Assembly (NCBI GenBank): GCA_965238075.1 | Contig: OZ250173.1 | Span: 3,168,001-3,232,000 of the forward strand | Origin: Candidatus Entotheonellaceae bacterium | GTDB lineage: Bacteria > Tectomicrobia > Entotheonellia > Entotheonellales > Entotheonellaceae | Direction of reading: 5' to 3' | Length of the DNA: 64,000 nucleotides | Part shown: positions 49,784 through 59,318 of the stretch, one piece after another | Layout of the letters: each line of letters starts with the position of its first letter | How positions within the stretch are numbered: the first letter of the stretch is position 1 | Program-made: the position numbers and the translations under genes | The notes under the pieces: model-generated | Told to the model about the DNA's origin: nothing | What the model saw: the letters and a program-made list of their open reading frames with translations, nothing else | The model's database searches: none

Positions 49784-50800
49784 TCAGGCCGCGCAGAGGA
49801 AATCCCGGCCATCGACAAAGCCCATACGCCCAAGGACATCCCGAATCTCGCCCCTCGCCTGCTCACCGGCCACCGAGGCGATCAGCGGCCGCCGCGGCAG
49901 ACTCGGCAGCGCCGGCGGCGGGATGACCGGAGCGCCGTGAATCCGCTTGCCCAGTCGCCCAGGATGCAACTCGACGATGTGCGAGGGCGTCTTGCCATGC
50001 CGCAACAGGGCGCGCCGCAGCGCCTTGCCGGTACTGCCGTATCCCCACAACACGTAGGTATCCGCATCCGCCAGAAAGTAATCAGCGAGAAAGGCGGCCT
50101 TGCAGGCCGTGAAGCGGGCCAGATCGTAGGCCGGATGGGTGCGGGAAAGACGTTGCGGGGCGTCGCGCCAACTCAACAGCCGCTGCGGTACTACGCCTAC
50201 CCGCCAGCCGCGCGTCAGGGCGCGCAGCAGCAGATCGTAATCCTCCGGCCAGCCGCAGTCACGGTAGCCGAGGTCCATTAACAGGGCGCGGCGCATCATC
50301 AGCGTCGGGTGCGCCACCGGGCACTCGACGAAGGCGTCCTGCCGCACCCGGTCCGCCGAGTCCAGGCTGTTCAACCAACGCTCGTAAGAACGCCGGCCAG
50401 GGCGCATATGGCGACGCGGAAATAGGCGAACGTGGCACCCGACGGCAGCGAGTCGGGGATCGGCTCGCAGCGCCTGGATCTGCGCCGCCAAGCGGTGGCG
50501 GTGCATCAGGTCGTCGGCGTCCATGCGGGCGATCAGGGGCGCCCGGCACCGCTGCAGCCCGGTGTTCAGGGCGGCAACGATGCCGCGATGGGGCTTGCTG
50601 ACGATCTCGAAGCGCGGGTCCCCAGCGGCAACGTGGCGGGCGCACGTCAGGGTGTCGTCGTCCGAACCATCATCGACGACTACACAGTGCCAACGTTCCT
50701 CGCTCTGACGTTGCAGGCTACGCAGGCAGGCTGGCAGGGTTGGCGCGGCGTTCCAGGCTGGCAGCAGGATGGACACACGAGGATGGGATGCGGCCGTCAC
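49784..50800 (-). CDS. GT2 glycosyltransferase with a C-terminal Rossmann-like domain
   Basis: LLPAWN, VDDGS, RMDADD, HPT, EDY; GTG start overlaps the upstream stop. Confidence 0.88.
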   Translation of the reverse strand: MTAASHPRVSILLPAWNAAPTLPACLRSLQRQSEERWHCVVVDDGSDDDTLTCARHVAAGDPRFEIVSKPHRGIVAALNTGLQRCRAPLIARMDADDLMHRHRLAAQIQALRADPRLAAVGCHVRLFPRRHMRPGRRSYERWLNSLDSADRVRQDAFVECPVAHPTLMMRRALLMDLGYRDCGWPEDYDLLLRALTRGWRVGVVPQRLLSWRDAPQRLSRTHPAYDLARFTACKAAFLADYFLADADTYVLWGYGSTGKALRRALLRHGKTPSHIVELHPGRLGKRIHGAPVIPPPALPSLPRRPLIASVAGEQARGEIRDVLGRMGFVDGRDFLCAA

Positions 50801-51861
50801 GTCTTTCGCGCCGCCAGGCGCTCCTGCACGCTCTTGACGAGCAGCGGCCAAGCGATGGTGGCGTCGCACGGCACTTCGGCGAACCGTCCGCCCTCGTTGG
50901 GCGGCACGAATTTGCCCCACGAGACGCCCTCGGCATAGGTGCAGCCGGACAAGCCGCCCCAGTGCACCGGCTCGGGGCAGATGCGCACGCCGTACGTAAA
51001 GCGCCGGAAGGCGCCGCCGTGACCGATGCGTTTCTGGATGATTTCCAGATACGGGCCGACCTGCTGCCCCCAATTGCGGGGGACGCCGCCGCCGATGGTG
51101 AAAATGCCCAGCACCTCGCGGGGACGCAGGCATTCGGCGTAATGCTCCAGGTCCAGAAACGGGTCGAACGCAAAAGTCGGCTTGCCGGCAACACGCCGCT
51201 GACGGTTGTACAACGCGAAATCCAGCCCCAGCTCGGAATCGGTAAAGGCTGGCACGTAGACCGGCACCTGGCGCTTGCAGGCGCTTTGCAAAATGCCGCG
51301 CCCTGCCCCCTGCTCCAGCAGATAGGTGCCGATCAGACGGCTGATTTCGTGGCTGCTCAGGGTCTGGGCCGGGTCAACATTTTCCAGCACACGCACCAGG
51401 ATGTCGGAAATGTCGTCGAGGTTCTTTTCCAGCTCAAGGGTATCGTAGACGCGGTTATAGCCGCGGTAATACAACTCGCGGTCGTCCATGGTGGGATCGT
51501 ACTTGAAATGCGTGCGCCCGGCGGCTTCGACAAAGCCATGTGCCATGAGGGCGCCGGTGGACACCACGGCATCGAGCATGCGGTGTTCGATCATGTCGGA
51601 GAGCACCAGGCCCATTTTGGCGATGGTCATGGCGCCGGAGAATGTGCCCACCACGAAGCAGTCCGGATCGGCGACCATGTCGTACAGCACGTCGGCGGCC
51701 TCGCCGAGATTGCGCCCGCCAAAGGCCGTCTGGCTCATGGCCGCCACGAGGTCCGAGAAGCTCTCAACACTCGCCAAGTCGAGGGCTACGGTCGGGCGCA
51801 GTTGGTCCGAAAAACCGTCCCGCAGATCGGTACGGGGACCGGATGAGGAATCGGGCTGCAT
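50797..51861 (-). CDS. Deoxyhypusine synthase-like protein
   Basis: GYNRVYD, PAFTDSELG, IGGGVPRNW, GGLSGCTYAEGVSWGK, DATIAWPL. Confidence 0.9.
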   Translation of the reverse strand: MQPDSSSGPRTDLRDGFSDQLRPTVALDLASVESFSDLVAAMSQTAFGGRNLGEAADVLYDMVADPDCFVVGTFSGAMTIAKMGLVLSDMIEHRMLDAVVSTGALMAHGFVEAAGRTHFKYDPTMDDRELYYRGYNRVYDTLELEKNLDDISDILVRVLENVDPAQTLSSHEISRLIGTYLLEQGAGRGILQSACKRQVPVYVPAFTDSELGLDFALYNRQRRVAGKPTFAFDPFLDLEHYAECLRPREVLGIFTIGGGVPRNWGQQVGPYLEIIQKRIGHGGAFRRFTYGVRICPEPVHWGGLSGCTYAEGVSWGKFVPPNEGGRFAEVPCDATIAWPLLVKSVQERLAARKT

Positions 51862-51872
51862 GGGGGTCTCCT

Positions 51873-52814
51873 TCATGCCTGACCGGAGGCCGCTTCCCAG
51901 ATCAGATCGACAACGCGCTGCACGCCAGCGGTGGGCACTACGCCGCAGCCGCGGGCGGGACGGATGGTCCAATGATCGCCGCGGCAGGCAATCTCGATCC
52001 AGAAATCCTGTGTCAGGTCGGCCTCGGCGACGAGCACCGCGACCATGGCCCTGCGGCGCTCCGGGTCGTATAGAAAGTCTCGGCAGCGGACGGTAATCGG
52101 CGGGTGGCCGGCACAAAGCTTGCCGGCCCAAGGTAGTTCCAAGCTTTGAGGATCGAATCGGCCCACGCGGCGAGCCTGCACGTCAATCTCCTTCCTCAGC
52201 GGCACGGCGTGATGCGCGATTTTTTGCAGTCGCAGTTCATAAAACTCCCGCTGCCCGCCAGCCACCCACTTGCGTTCGTACTTGGTGCGAAAATGCGGCG
52301 CGATGACCCGCCAATCCCCCTCGAAGCCGCTGCCGGGAATTTGTTCCAACACCCAACGCAGGTAGGGCTCCTGGTCGGTAACGACGAGCACCTCCCCGTC
52401 CGGCTGCAGGCGGCTGTTGAGGAGCGTGAGGAAGGCGTGCGAAAACAGGCGATGCTTGGCGTGGCGCTCCTTCGGCCACGGGCACGGGAACAGGCTGTAG
52501 ACGCGCCGCAACGTGAGGGGCTCAAAGAGACGCTGTAGCGCCGGATGGGCGTCAACAAGTAACAAGCGAACGTTGGCGAGCCGCGATTTTGCAATGCGCC
52601 GCAGGGCGCGCTGCACCGGCGCCCACTCGATCTCGATACCGACGAAGTTCCGACCCGGTTGCTGCTGCGCCCGGCGCACCAGAAATTCACCGTTGCCAAA
52701 GCCGATTTCCACTTCCAGAGGGGCCTGCGAGCCGAACTGCCCTGGCCAGTCGATGGGACGCCCGACGTTCCGCCACAGCAGGAACGGTTTGAACGACAGG
52801 TACCGCGCTTTCAC
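51873..52814 (-). CDS. trmB: tRNA (guanine-N7)-methyltransferase with C-terminal extension
   Basis: EIGFGNG, GIE, FPCPWPKERHAKHRL, VTD, TKYERK. Confidence 0.9.
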   Translation of the reverse strand: MKARYLSFKPFLLWRNVGRPIDWPGQFGSQAPLEVEIGFGNGEFLVRRAQQQPGRNFVGIEIEWAPVQRALRRIAKSRLANVRLLLVDAHPALQRLFEPLTLRRVYSLFPCPWPKERHAKHRLFSHAFLTLLNSRLQPDGEVLVVTDQEPYLRWVLEQIPGSGFEGDWRVIAPHFRTKYERKWVAGGQREFYELRLQKIAHHAVPLRKEIDVQARRVGRFDPQSLELPWAGKLCAGHPPITVRCRDFLYDPERRRAMVAVLVAEADLTQDFWIEIACRGDHWTIRPARGCGVVPTAGVQRVVDLIWEAASGQA

Positions 52815-52835
52815 GTCCTCCCTTCCCGGTACCGC

Positions 52836-53924
52836 TTAGCCATGCCGTTTCTGAAACGCCGCCATGAAATCCGCCAGGGCGCGCACGGCCTCGACGGTCA
52901 CGGCGTTGTACAGGGAAACGCGGATGCCGCCGAGGGCTTGATGCCCTTTCAGACCCTGCAGTCCTTCTCCGGCGGCCTCGCTGACGAACAGGGCTGTCAA
53001 TTCCTCGTTCGGCAGGTGGAACGTGACGTTCATGTGCGAGCGGCTGCCCGGCTGCGCGTGGCCGCGGTAAAAGCCGCCGGAATCGTCGATGGCGCCGTAC
53101 AGCAACCCAGCCTTCTCGTCGTTGCGGGCCGCCACCGCCGCCATGCCGCCCTGCTCCAGTATGCGCCGGGCGACCAAGCCGACAATGTAGATGGCGAACA
53201 CCGGCGGCGTGTTCTGCAGCGAGTTGGTGGCGGCCATGCCGGCGTAGCTCAGCATCGTCGGCAGGTCGGAGCGGCAACGCTCCAACAGGTTCCGCCGGAT
53301 GACCACCAGGGTGACGCCGGCCGCCCCCATGTTCTTCTGGGCGCCGCCGTAGATGAGCCCGAAGCGCTTCAGATCGATGGGATAGCTCAGGATATCCGAC
53401 GACATGTCGCAGACTAGCGGCACCTCGCCCGCTTCGGGAACGGCGGCATATTGGGTGCCCATGATCGAGTTGTTGCTGGTGTAGTGCAGATAGGCGGCGT
53501 CCGGGAGCACTTGGTAATCGTCAGGTCCGGGCACGCGGTCGTGGCCGCTGGCGGCGCTGGACCATAGGGTGCGGGCGTCGCCTATCTTGCCGGCTTCCTC
53601 GCGGGCCGCCTCACCCCAGACGCCGGTCTCCAGGTAGGCGGCGTGCCTTCCCTGGGGCAGCAGATTCATCGGCACCAGCGCGAACTGCGTCTGCGCACCG
53701 CCGCCCATGAACAGAATGGCATGGTCGTCGCTGCCGCCAAACAACTCTCGCAGATCGGCGATGGCCTGTTGGTGAATCTCGTCGTACACCGGACCCCGGT
53801 GGCTGGTTTCCAGGATGGACATGCCGGTGCCGCCGAAATCGAGCAGGTCCGCCTGCACCTGCTGCAGGACGGGCAACGGCAGCGTCGCAGGCCCGGCATT
53901 GAAATTATAGACACGCGTCGTCAT
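52836..53924 (-). CDS. serC: Phosphoserine aminotransferase
   Basis: NFNAGPATLP, SHRG, DMSS, GAQKNMG, NTPP, GGIRVSLYNA. Confidence 0.95.
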   Translation of the reverse strand: MTTRVYNFNAGPATLPLPVLQQVQADLLDFGGTGMSILETSHRGPVYDEIHQQAIADLRELFGGSDDHAILFMGGGAQTQFALVPMNLLPQGRHAAYLETGVWGEAAREEAGKIGDARTLWSSAASGHDRVPGPDDYQVLPDAAYLHYTSNNSIMGTQYAAVPEAGEVPLVCDMSSDILSYPIDLKRFGLIYGGAQKNMGAAGVTLVVIRRNLLERCRSDLPTMLSYAGMAATNSLQNTPPVFAIYIVGLVARRILEQGGMAAVAARNDEKAGLLYGAIDDSGGFYRGHAQPGSRSHMNVTFHLPNEELTALFVSEAAGEGLQGLKGHQALGGIRVSLYNAVTVEAVRALADFMAAFQKRHG

Positions 53925-53935
53925 GACGCCCTCGC

Positions 53936-55129
53936 CTAGTGCAACAATTCCTGGATATTGGGCATCAGCGGCCGCACCGCCAGAGTCTTCAGGGCGAAAT
54001 TGCTGCCCTCGCCGACGCGGCACACGAACAGGTCGCGCTGATGGCGGGTGAGCCCGAATTCGTCGAGGCAGGCGACGCCGCCGCAGATTTCCATGGCCAG
54101 CGGCAGCAGCTCCGAGGCGCGCCGCGAGCACTCGATCTTGACCTTAGCCGCCGACTCGCGGCTCATATCGCCGGCCTCGTACTGGGCCACGCAGTGCATG
54201 AGCCAGGTGAGGCCCTGCTCCAGGGCGATGTCCATGTCGAGCAGCACGTCCTGCACGCGCTGAAAACGTCCGATAGGCAGATCGGCAAACTGCCGGCGCT
54301 CCTGTGCGTAGGCGCGGCAGGCGTCCAGTGCGAAGGCCAACGAGGCCAGTGCCAATGAAGCAATGAACAAGCGACCGCCGTTCAGCGTCGTCACCATCAC
54401 GCGGAAGCCCTCGTCCTCCTCGCCCAGCATGGCCGATTCCGGCACCTGAACGCCGTCCAGGGCGATAACGCCGGTGGAGGATTGCAGCCACACTTCCTTG
54501 CCGCCCATTTCGTGGTACGAGACGCTGGGATCATCCATCGGCACGATGAAGCAGGTGGAGCGGTGTCCGGGCGGGTTCTGCGGCCGGGTCATGGCATGCA
54601 CGACGACGTGGCTGGCCCATTTGGCGTTGGTGGACCAGCATTTTTCACCCTGCAAGCGCCAGCCGCCGGGAACGCGCGCGGCGGTGACTTGCGGATTGGC
54701 GGCGTCCGAGCCGCGGCCCGGCTCCGACAGGCCGAAGACGAACATGCGGCGGCCCGCCGCCAGGTCCGGGAGATGGGCTTGCTTCTGATCTTCGCGTCCG
54801 CACAACTGCAGCGGCTTGATGCCCAGACTGGCGGCGGCGCCCGGGGTGATGGCGACACTGTGGCTGTGGTAGCCCAGCGCCAGGCCCATCAGCACCAACT
54901 CCGTCTGCAAGCCACCCTGGCCGCCGTATTCTTCCGCAACCGTGAGGCCGAACAGTCCCAGATCCGCCATCGCCTGCACGGCCTTTTCGGGCACCAGGCA
55001 GCGTTGTCGTTCCCAGCTCAGCAAATGCGGCGCAATCTCCTGGTGCGCGAAGTCGCACACCGCCTGGTAGAACATGAGCCGCTCCGCCGCGACCAGGGGT
55101 TCCAGGTAAACGTCCATACGCCGCGACAT
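53936..55129 (-). CDS. Acyl-CoA dehydrogenase family protein
   Basis: EEYGGQG, FGLSEPGRGSD, GEKCWSTN, LNGGR, VGEGS. Confidence 0.9.
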   Translation of the reverse strand: MSRRMDVYLEPLVAAERLMFYQAVCDFAHQEIAPHLLSWERQRCLVPEKAVQAMADLGLFGLTVAEEYGGQGGLQTELVLMGLALGYHSHSVAITPGAAASLGIKPLQLCGREDQKQAHLPDLAAGRRMFVFGLSEPGRGSDAANPQVTAARVPGGWRLQGEKCWSTNAKWASHVVVHAMTRPQNPPGHRSTCFIVPMDDPSVSYHEMGGKEVWLQSSTGVIALDGVQVPESAMLGEEDEGFRVMVTTLNGGRLFIASLALASLAFALDACRAYAQERRQFADLPIGRFQRVQDVLLDMDIALEQGLTWLMHCVAQYEAGDMSRESAAKVKIECSRRASELLPLAMEICGGVACLDEFGLTRHQRDLFVCRVGEGSNFALKTLAVRPLMPNIQELLH

Positions 55130-55321
55130 GGCCATTCTCCTCAGTGGGTCCACCATATTTCCGTGCGCGCAACCGGGTACGTCAGCATGACCAAAACGGC
55201 CTTGCGAGTCAATACCGCCCGCTGTCGCCCCGTAGATTCCGCCAGGCAATCAGCGTATAGTGGCGCCCCAGCCAACCACAACCCGTTACCGGCCTCTGGC
55301 CACGCCTCGGAAAGGAAGCCG

Positions 55322-55738
55322 ATGGAACTTGAACGCCCCCTGCCAGCCCCGATAACCCCGGAAACCAAGCCGTTTTGGGACGGCCTGAAGGAAGGCAAGC
55401 TGCTGCTGCCCAGATGCGACGACACCGGCCAGGTCTTCTTCTACCCACGCGCCGTGTCGCCGTTCACCCACTCACGCAACATCTCCTGGATCGAAGCCAG
55501 CGGCAAGGGCACCCTGTATTCCTTTGAGATTCTCCACCGCCCGTTCGTGCGCGAGGTCAAGACCCCCCTGCCATACGTCCTTGCCATGGTGCAGCTCGAG
55601 GAGGGACCGCGCATGCTGTCCAACCTCATCAACGTCGAGCCCGACCCGCAGGCTATCCGTTGCGACATGCCGGTGGAAGTGGTGTTTCACAAGCTGAACG
55701 ACGACGTCACCCTTCCCCTGTTCCAGCCAGCCAGCTAA
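55322..55738 (+). CDS. DUF35 OB-fold protein (thiolase partner)
   Basis: KPFWDG, SGKGTLYSF, PYVLAMVQLEEGPRMLSNL; precedes the thiolase-like gene. Confidence 0.88.
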   Translation: MELERPLPAPITPETKPFWDGLKEGKLLLPRCDDTGQVFFYPRAVSPFTHSRNISWIEASGKGTLYSFEILHRPFVREVKTPLPYVLAMVQLEEGPRMLSNLINVEPDPQAIRCDMPVEVVFHKLNDDVTLPLFQPAS

Positions 55739-55774
55739 CACCCCGGTCGAAATCCGGCAGCAAGAGAGGTCGGT

Positions 55775-56920
55775 ATGAAAGGTTTAAGCAATTCCGTATG
55801 TATTGTCGGCGTGGACGAGAGCGACGCCATCGGCGTGCTGCCCAATACCAGCCAGTTGGCCCTGCACTTGGAAGCGATCAGCAACGCGGTGCGCGACGCC
55901 GGCCTGCAGGTGAGCGACGTGGACGGCATCTTCACCGCCGGCCAGCACTCCCCGGCGCTGCTTGGCGAGGCGTTGGGCATCACGCCGCGTTACGTCGACG
56001 GCACCAGCGTCGGCGGCTGCTCCTTCATGATCATGGTGGAGCACGCCATGTTGGCGCTGCACCACGGCCTGTGCGACGTGGCGGTGATCTCGCACGGCGA
56101 GAGCGGCAGGTCCGGCGTCGGCGTGACGCGCGGGCGCGATTCCAGCCTCAGCGGCCAGTTCGAGACCCCCTTCGGCTTCGGCGGCGCGCCGACGTATTTC
56201 GGCCTCATCACCACGCGCCACATGCACGAGTACGGCACCACCCTGGAGCAGTGGGCACAGGTGGCCGTGTCGACGCGGGCCTGGGCCGGGCTCAACCCCA
56301 AGGCCATGTACCGCGATCCGCTGACCGTCGAAGAGGTGCTGAACTCGCGGCCCATCTGCTACCCGCTCAACGTGCTGAACATCTGCCTGGTCACCGACGC
56401 CGGCGGCGCCGTGGTGCTCACCCGCGCCGACCGCGCCAAGGATTGCACCAAGAAGCCCGTGTACGTGCGCGGCACCGGCGAGGGCACGGAGCACGTCATG
56501 GTGACGCAGATGAAGGGTCTGCCGCTGAGCGAGGCGACGCGCATCTCCGGCAAGCGCGCCTTTGAAATGGCGGGCGTCAAGCCGGGCGACTTCGACCACG
56601 TGATGCTCTACGACGCCTTCACTTCCGGCCCGCCGATCATGCTCGAATCCCTCGGCATGTGCGAGCCCGGCGAGGGCGTCACCTTCTTCGAGGAAGGGCG
56701 TTCGACGCCCGGCGGCTCGCTGCCGATCAACACCAACGGCGGCGGCCTGTCGTACACCCACTCGGGAATGTACGGCATCTTCCCGATTCTGGAGGCCACC
56801 CGCCAGCTGCGCGGCGAGTGCGGCGCCCGCCAGGTGCCTAACGCCAGCCTATCGCTGGTCAACGGCATGGGCGGCATGCTCTCGGCCGCCGGCACCCTGG
56901 TGCTGTCGAACGTAGCGTAG
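55775..56920 (+). CDS. SCP2-type thiolase / lipid-transfer (Ltp2-like) protein
   Basis: VGGCS, LNPKA, VTDAGGA, LYDAFT, NTNGGGLSYTH. Confidence 0.88.
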   Translation: MKGLSNSVCIVGVDESDAIGVLPNTSQLALHLEAISNAVRDAGLQVSDVDGIFTAGQHSPALLGEALGITPRYVDGTSVGGCSFMIMVEHAMLALHHGLCDVAVISHGESGRSGVGVTRGRDSSLSGQFETPFGFGGAPTYFGLITTRHMHEYGTTLEQWAQVAVSTRAWAGLNPKAMYRDPLTVEEVLNSRPICYPLNVLNICLVTDAGGAVVLTRADRAKDCTKKPVYVRGTGEGTEHVMVTQMKGLPLSEATRISGKRAFEMAGVKPGDFDHVMLYDAFTSGPPIMLESLGMCEPGEGVTFFEEGRSTPGGSLPINTNGGGLSYTHSGMYGIFPILEATRQLRGECGARQVPNASLSLVNGMGGMLSAAGTLVLSNVA

Positions 56921-56977
56921 CGTAGCGCAGCGTAATCCGACATTCCCCAACCTGCAGCAAGTTCCGGAGGACCCGGG

Positions 56978-58153
56978 ATGGAGCCCATCGCTCTGGACCA
57001 ACTCACCGACATCGACTCGATGTTGACCGACGACGAACGCCTGACGCGCGACACGGTGCGGCAGTTCGTGGCGGAAAAATACCTGCCGATAGTCGGCGAG
57101 CACTTCGAGCAGCACACCTTCCCGGACCATCTGGTGCCGGAGATCGCCGCCCTCGGCCTGCTCGGCGCCAGTATCAAGGGCTACGGCTGCGCCGGGGTCA
57201 ACGCGGTCACCTATGGCCTCATCCTGCAGGAGTTGGAATACGGCGACAGCGGCCTGCGCAGCTTCGTATCGGTGCAAGGCTCGCTGGCCATGTACGCCAT
57301 CTACCGCTTCGGGTCCGAAGCGCAGCGGCAACACTGGCTGCCGCGCATGGCCAAGGGCGAGGCCATCGGCTGCTTCGGGCTGACGGAACCCGACTCCGGC
57401 TCCGACCCCGGCGCCATGCGCACCACGGCGCGCCCGGACGGCGACGCCTACGTGCTCAACGGCAGCAAGATGTGGATCACCAACTCCCCGGTGTGCGACG
57501 TGGCAGTGGTGTGGGCCAAGCTGGCGGCGGACGACCACCAAACGGTGCGCGGCTTTCTGGTCGAACGCGGCCCCCCCGGTTTCGACACCCCGTCCATCCT
57601 GCGCAAAATGTCCATGCGCGCCTCGCACACCGGCGAGATCGTGCTGTCGGACTGCCGCATTCCCAAGGAAAATATCCTGCCCGAATCGCGCGGTCTGGGC
57701 TCGCCCCTGGCCTGCCTCAACCAAGCGCGCTTCGGAGTCTCTTGGGGCGTCATGGGGGCGGCGCGGGCGTGCTTCGATTCGGCCTTGGCGTACAGCCGCA
57801 GCCGGGTACAGTTCGGCGTGCCGATCGGCGGCAAGCAGCTAATCCAGGAGCACCTGGTCGACATGGCAGTGGAGATCGCCAAAGGCCAGTTGATGAACGT
57901 CCACTTCGCCCGCCTCAAGGACAAGGACCGGCTGACGCCGTACCAGGTCAGCATGGCCAAGAAGAACAACGTGCGGCAGGCACTCGCCATCGCCCGCAAG
58001 GCGCGCTCGATCCACGGCGCCAGCGGTATCTCGCTGGAGCACGCGCCCATCCGGCACCTGCTCAACCTCGAATCGGTTTACACCTACGAGGGCACCGACG
58101 AGATTCACACCCTGGTCCTGGGCCGCGCGCTGACCGGGCTGGATGCTTTTTAG
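56978..58153 (+). CDS. Acyl-CoA dehydrogenase (glutaryl-CoA dehydrogenase-like)
   Basis: GDSGLRSFVSVQGSL, GCFGLTEPDSGSDP, KMWITN, NLESVYTYEGT. Confidence 0.92.
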   Translation: MEPIALDQLTDIDSMLTDDERLTRDTVRQFVAEKYLPIVGEHFEQHTFPDHLVPEIAALGLLGASIKGYGCAGVNAVTYGLILQELEYGDSGLRSFVSVQGSLAMYAIYRFGSEAQRQHWLPRMAKGEAIGCFGLTEPDSGSDPGAMRTTARPDGDAYVLNGSKMWITNSPVCDVAVVWAKLAADDHQTVRGFLVERGPPGFDTPSILRKMSMRASHTGEIVLSDCRIPKENILPESRGLGSPLACLNQARFGVSWGVMGAARACFDSALAYSRSRVQFGVPIGGKQLIQEHLVDMAVEIAKGQLMNVHFARLKDKDRLTPYQVSMAKKNNVRQALAIARKARSIHGASGISLEHAPIRHLLNLESVYTYEGTDEIHTLVLGRALTGLDAF

Positions 58154-58176
58154 ATGAGAAGACGAATCTTTGGGTA

Positions 58177-58278
58177 CGCCACTCTGGCGAAAGCCAGAGT
58201 CCAGAGGCTTCCGGGGGCTAAGAACCCGCCCTGGACTGGCCCGGGAGCGGTGGATTCCGGATCAAGCCGGGAATGACG
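58177..58278. repeat. Palindromic repeat family A copy
   Basis: CGCCACTCTGGCGAAAGCCAGAGTCCAG...TGGATTCCGGATCAAGCCGGGAATGACG. Confidence 0.7.
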
Positions 58279-58310
58279 ATTTGGGGGCTGGGCGGGCCGT
58301 TTCCATAATG

Positions 58311-58340
58311 AGGTCGGATTACGTCGTGCTAATCCGACCT
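58311..58340. repeat. REP family B copy
   Basis: AGGTCGGATTACGTCGTGCTAATCCGACCT. Confidence 0.75.
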
Positions 58341-58367
58341 CAAGCTTGACGCCTTGTGAGGACCTTA

Positions 58368-59288
58368 ATGTTCGTCACCTACCATCCGGGCTACGTCGTG
58401 GACATCGGCGCCGGACATCGCTTTCCGATGCAGAAATACGGCTTGGTATGTGAACGCCTGCTTGCCGAGGGCACCCTGTCGGCAGAATGGGTGGCGGCGC
58501 CCCAACCGGTGGCGACGGAAGACCTGCTGCTGGTGCACACACGCGACTACGTCACGCGATTTCTCGCCGGCGACATGACGGCCAAGGAGATGCAAACGCT
58601 GGGCTTTCCGTGGTCGGCGGCCTTGGCGCGGCGCGCGCGGCTGGCGGTGCACGGGACGATCACGGCTAGCCGGCTGGCGTGGCGCGACGGCCTGGCGGCG
58701 AATCTGGCGGGCGGTTCGCATCACGCGTTTGCGGATCACGGCGAGGGGTTCTCGGTGTTCAACGACATCGCCGTGGCCATCCGCGTCCTGCAGCGCGATC
58801 ATGGCTTGCAACGCGCCGCAGTGGTCGATTGCGACGTACATCAGGGCAACGGCACCGCGACCATCTTTGCGGATGATTCCAGCGTTTACACGTGTTCCCT
58901 GCACGGCGAGAAGAATTACCCGTTCGACAAACCGCCGAGCGACCTGGACGTGGCGCTGCCCGACGGCACCGGCGACGCCGCGTATCTGGAGGCTTTGGAC
59001 GCGGCCTTGCAAACCGTGCAGCGCGAGTTTCGCCCGCAGATGGTCTGGTACCTGGCAGGTGCCGATCCCTACGAAGGCGACCGGCTCGGGCGGCTGTCGC
59101 TGTCGCTGGACGGCCTGCGGCGGCGCGATGTCCGCGTGTTGTCCGCCTTTCGCAACGCTGATGTGCCGCTGGTTATCACCCTGGGCGGCGGTTACGCGCC
59201 TGAGATCGAGGCAATCGCTGAGGCGCACTGCCAGACGGTGCGCGCCGCTTGCCGGCTGGCCACGGGCCTGTCACTGGCCGGCGATTGA
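58368..59288 (+). CDS. Histone deacetylase family protein
   Basis: HRFPMQKY, GGSHHA, DCDVHQGNG, GAD...DRLG, GGGY. Confidence 0.93.
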   Translation: MFVTYHPGYVVDIGAGHRFPMQKYGLVCERLLAEGTLSAEWVAAPQPVATEDLLLVHTRDYVTRFLAGDMTAKEMQTLGFPWSAALARRARLAVHGTITASRLAWRDGLAANLAGGSHHAFADHGEGFSVFNDIAVAIRVLQRDHGLQRAAVVDCDVHQGNGTATIFADDSSVYTCSLHGEKNYPFDKPPSDLDVALPDGTGDAAYLEALDAALQTVQREFRPQMVWYLAGADPYEGDRLGRLSLSLDGLRRRDVRVLSAFRNADVPLVITLGGGYAPEIEAIAEAHCQTVRAACRLATGLSLAGD

Positions 59289-59318
59289 ATCAACCCGTAG
59301 GATCATGAGGAGAAGACG

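Noticed and set aside
56911-56927. (CGTAG)n microsatellite as a phase-variation site
   Set aside because: Only about three units, at the gene end, and merging into a REP half copy.
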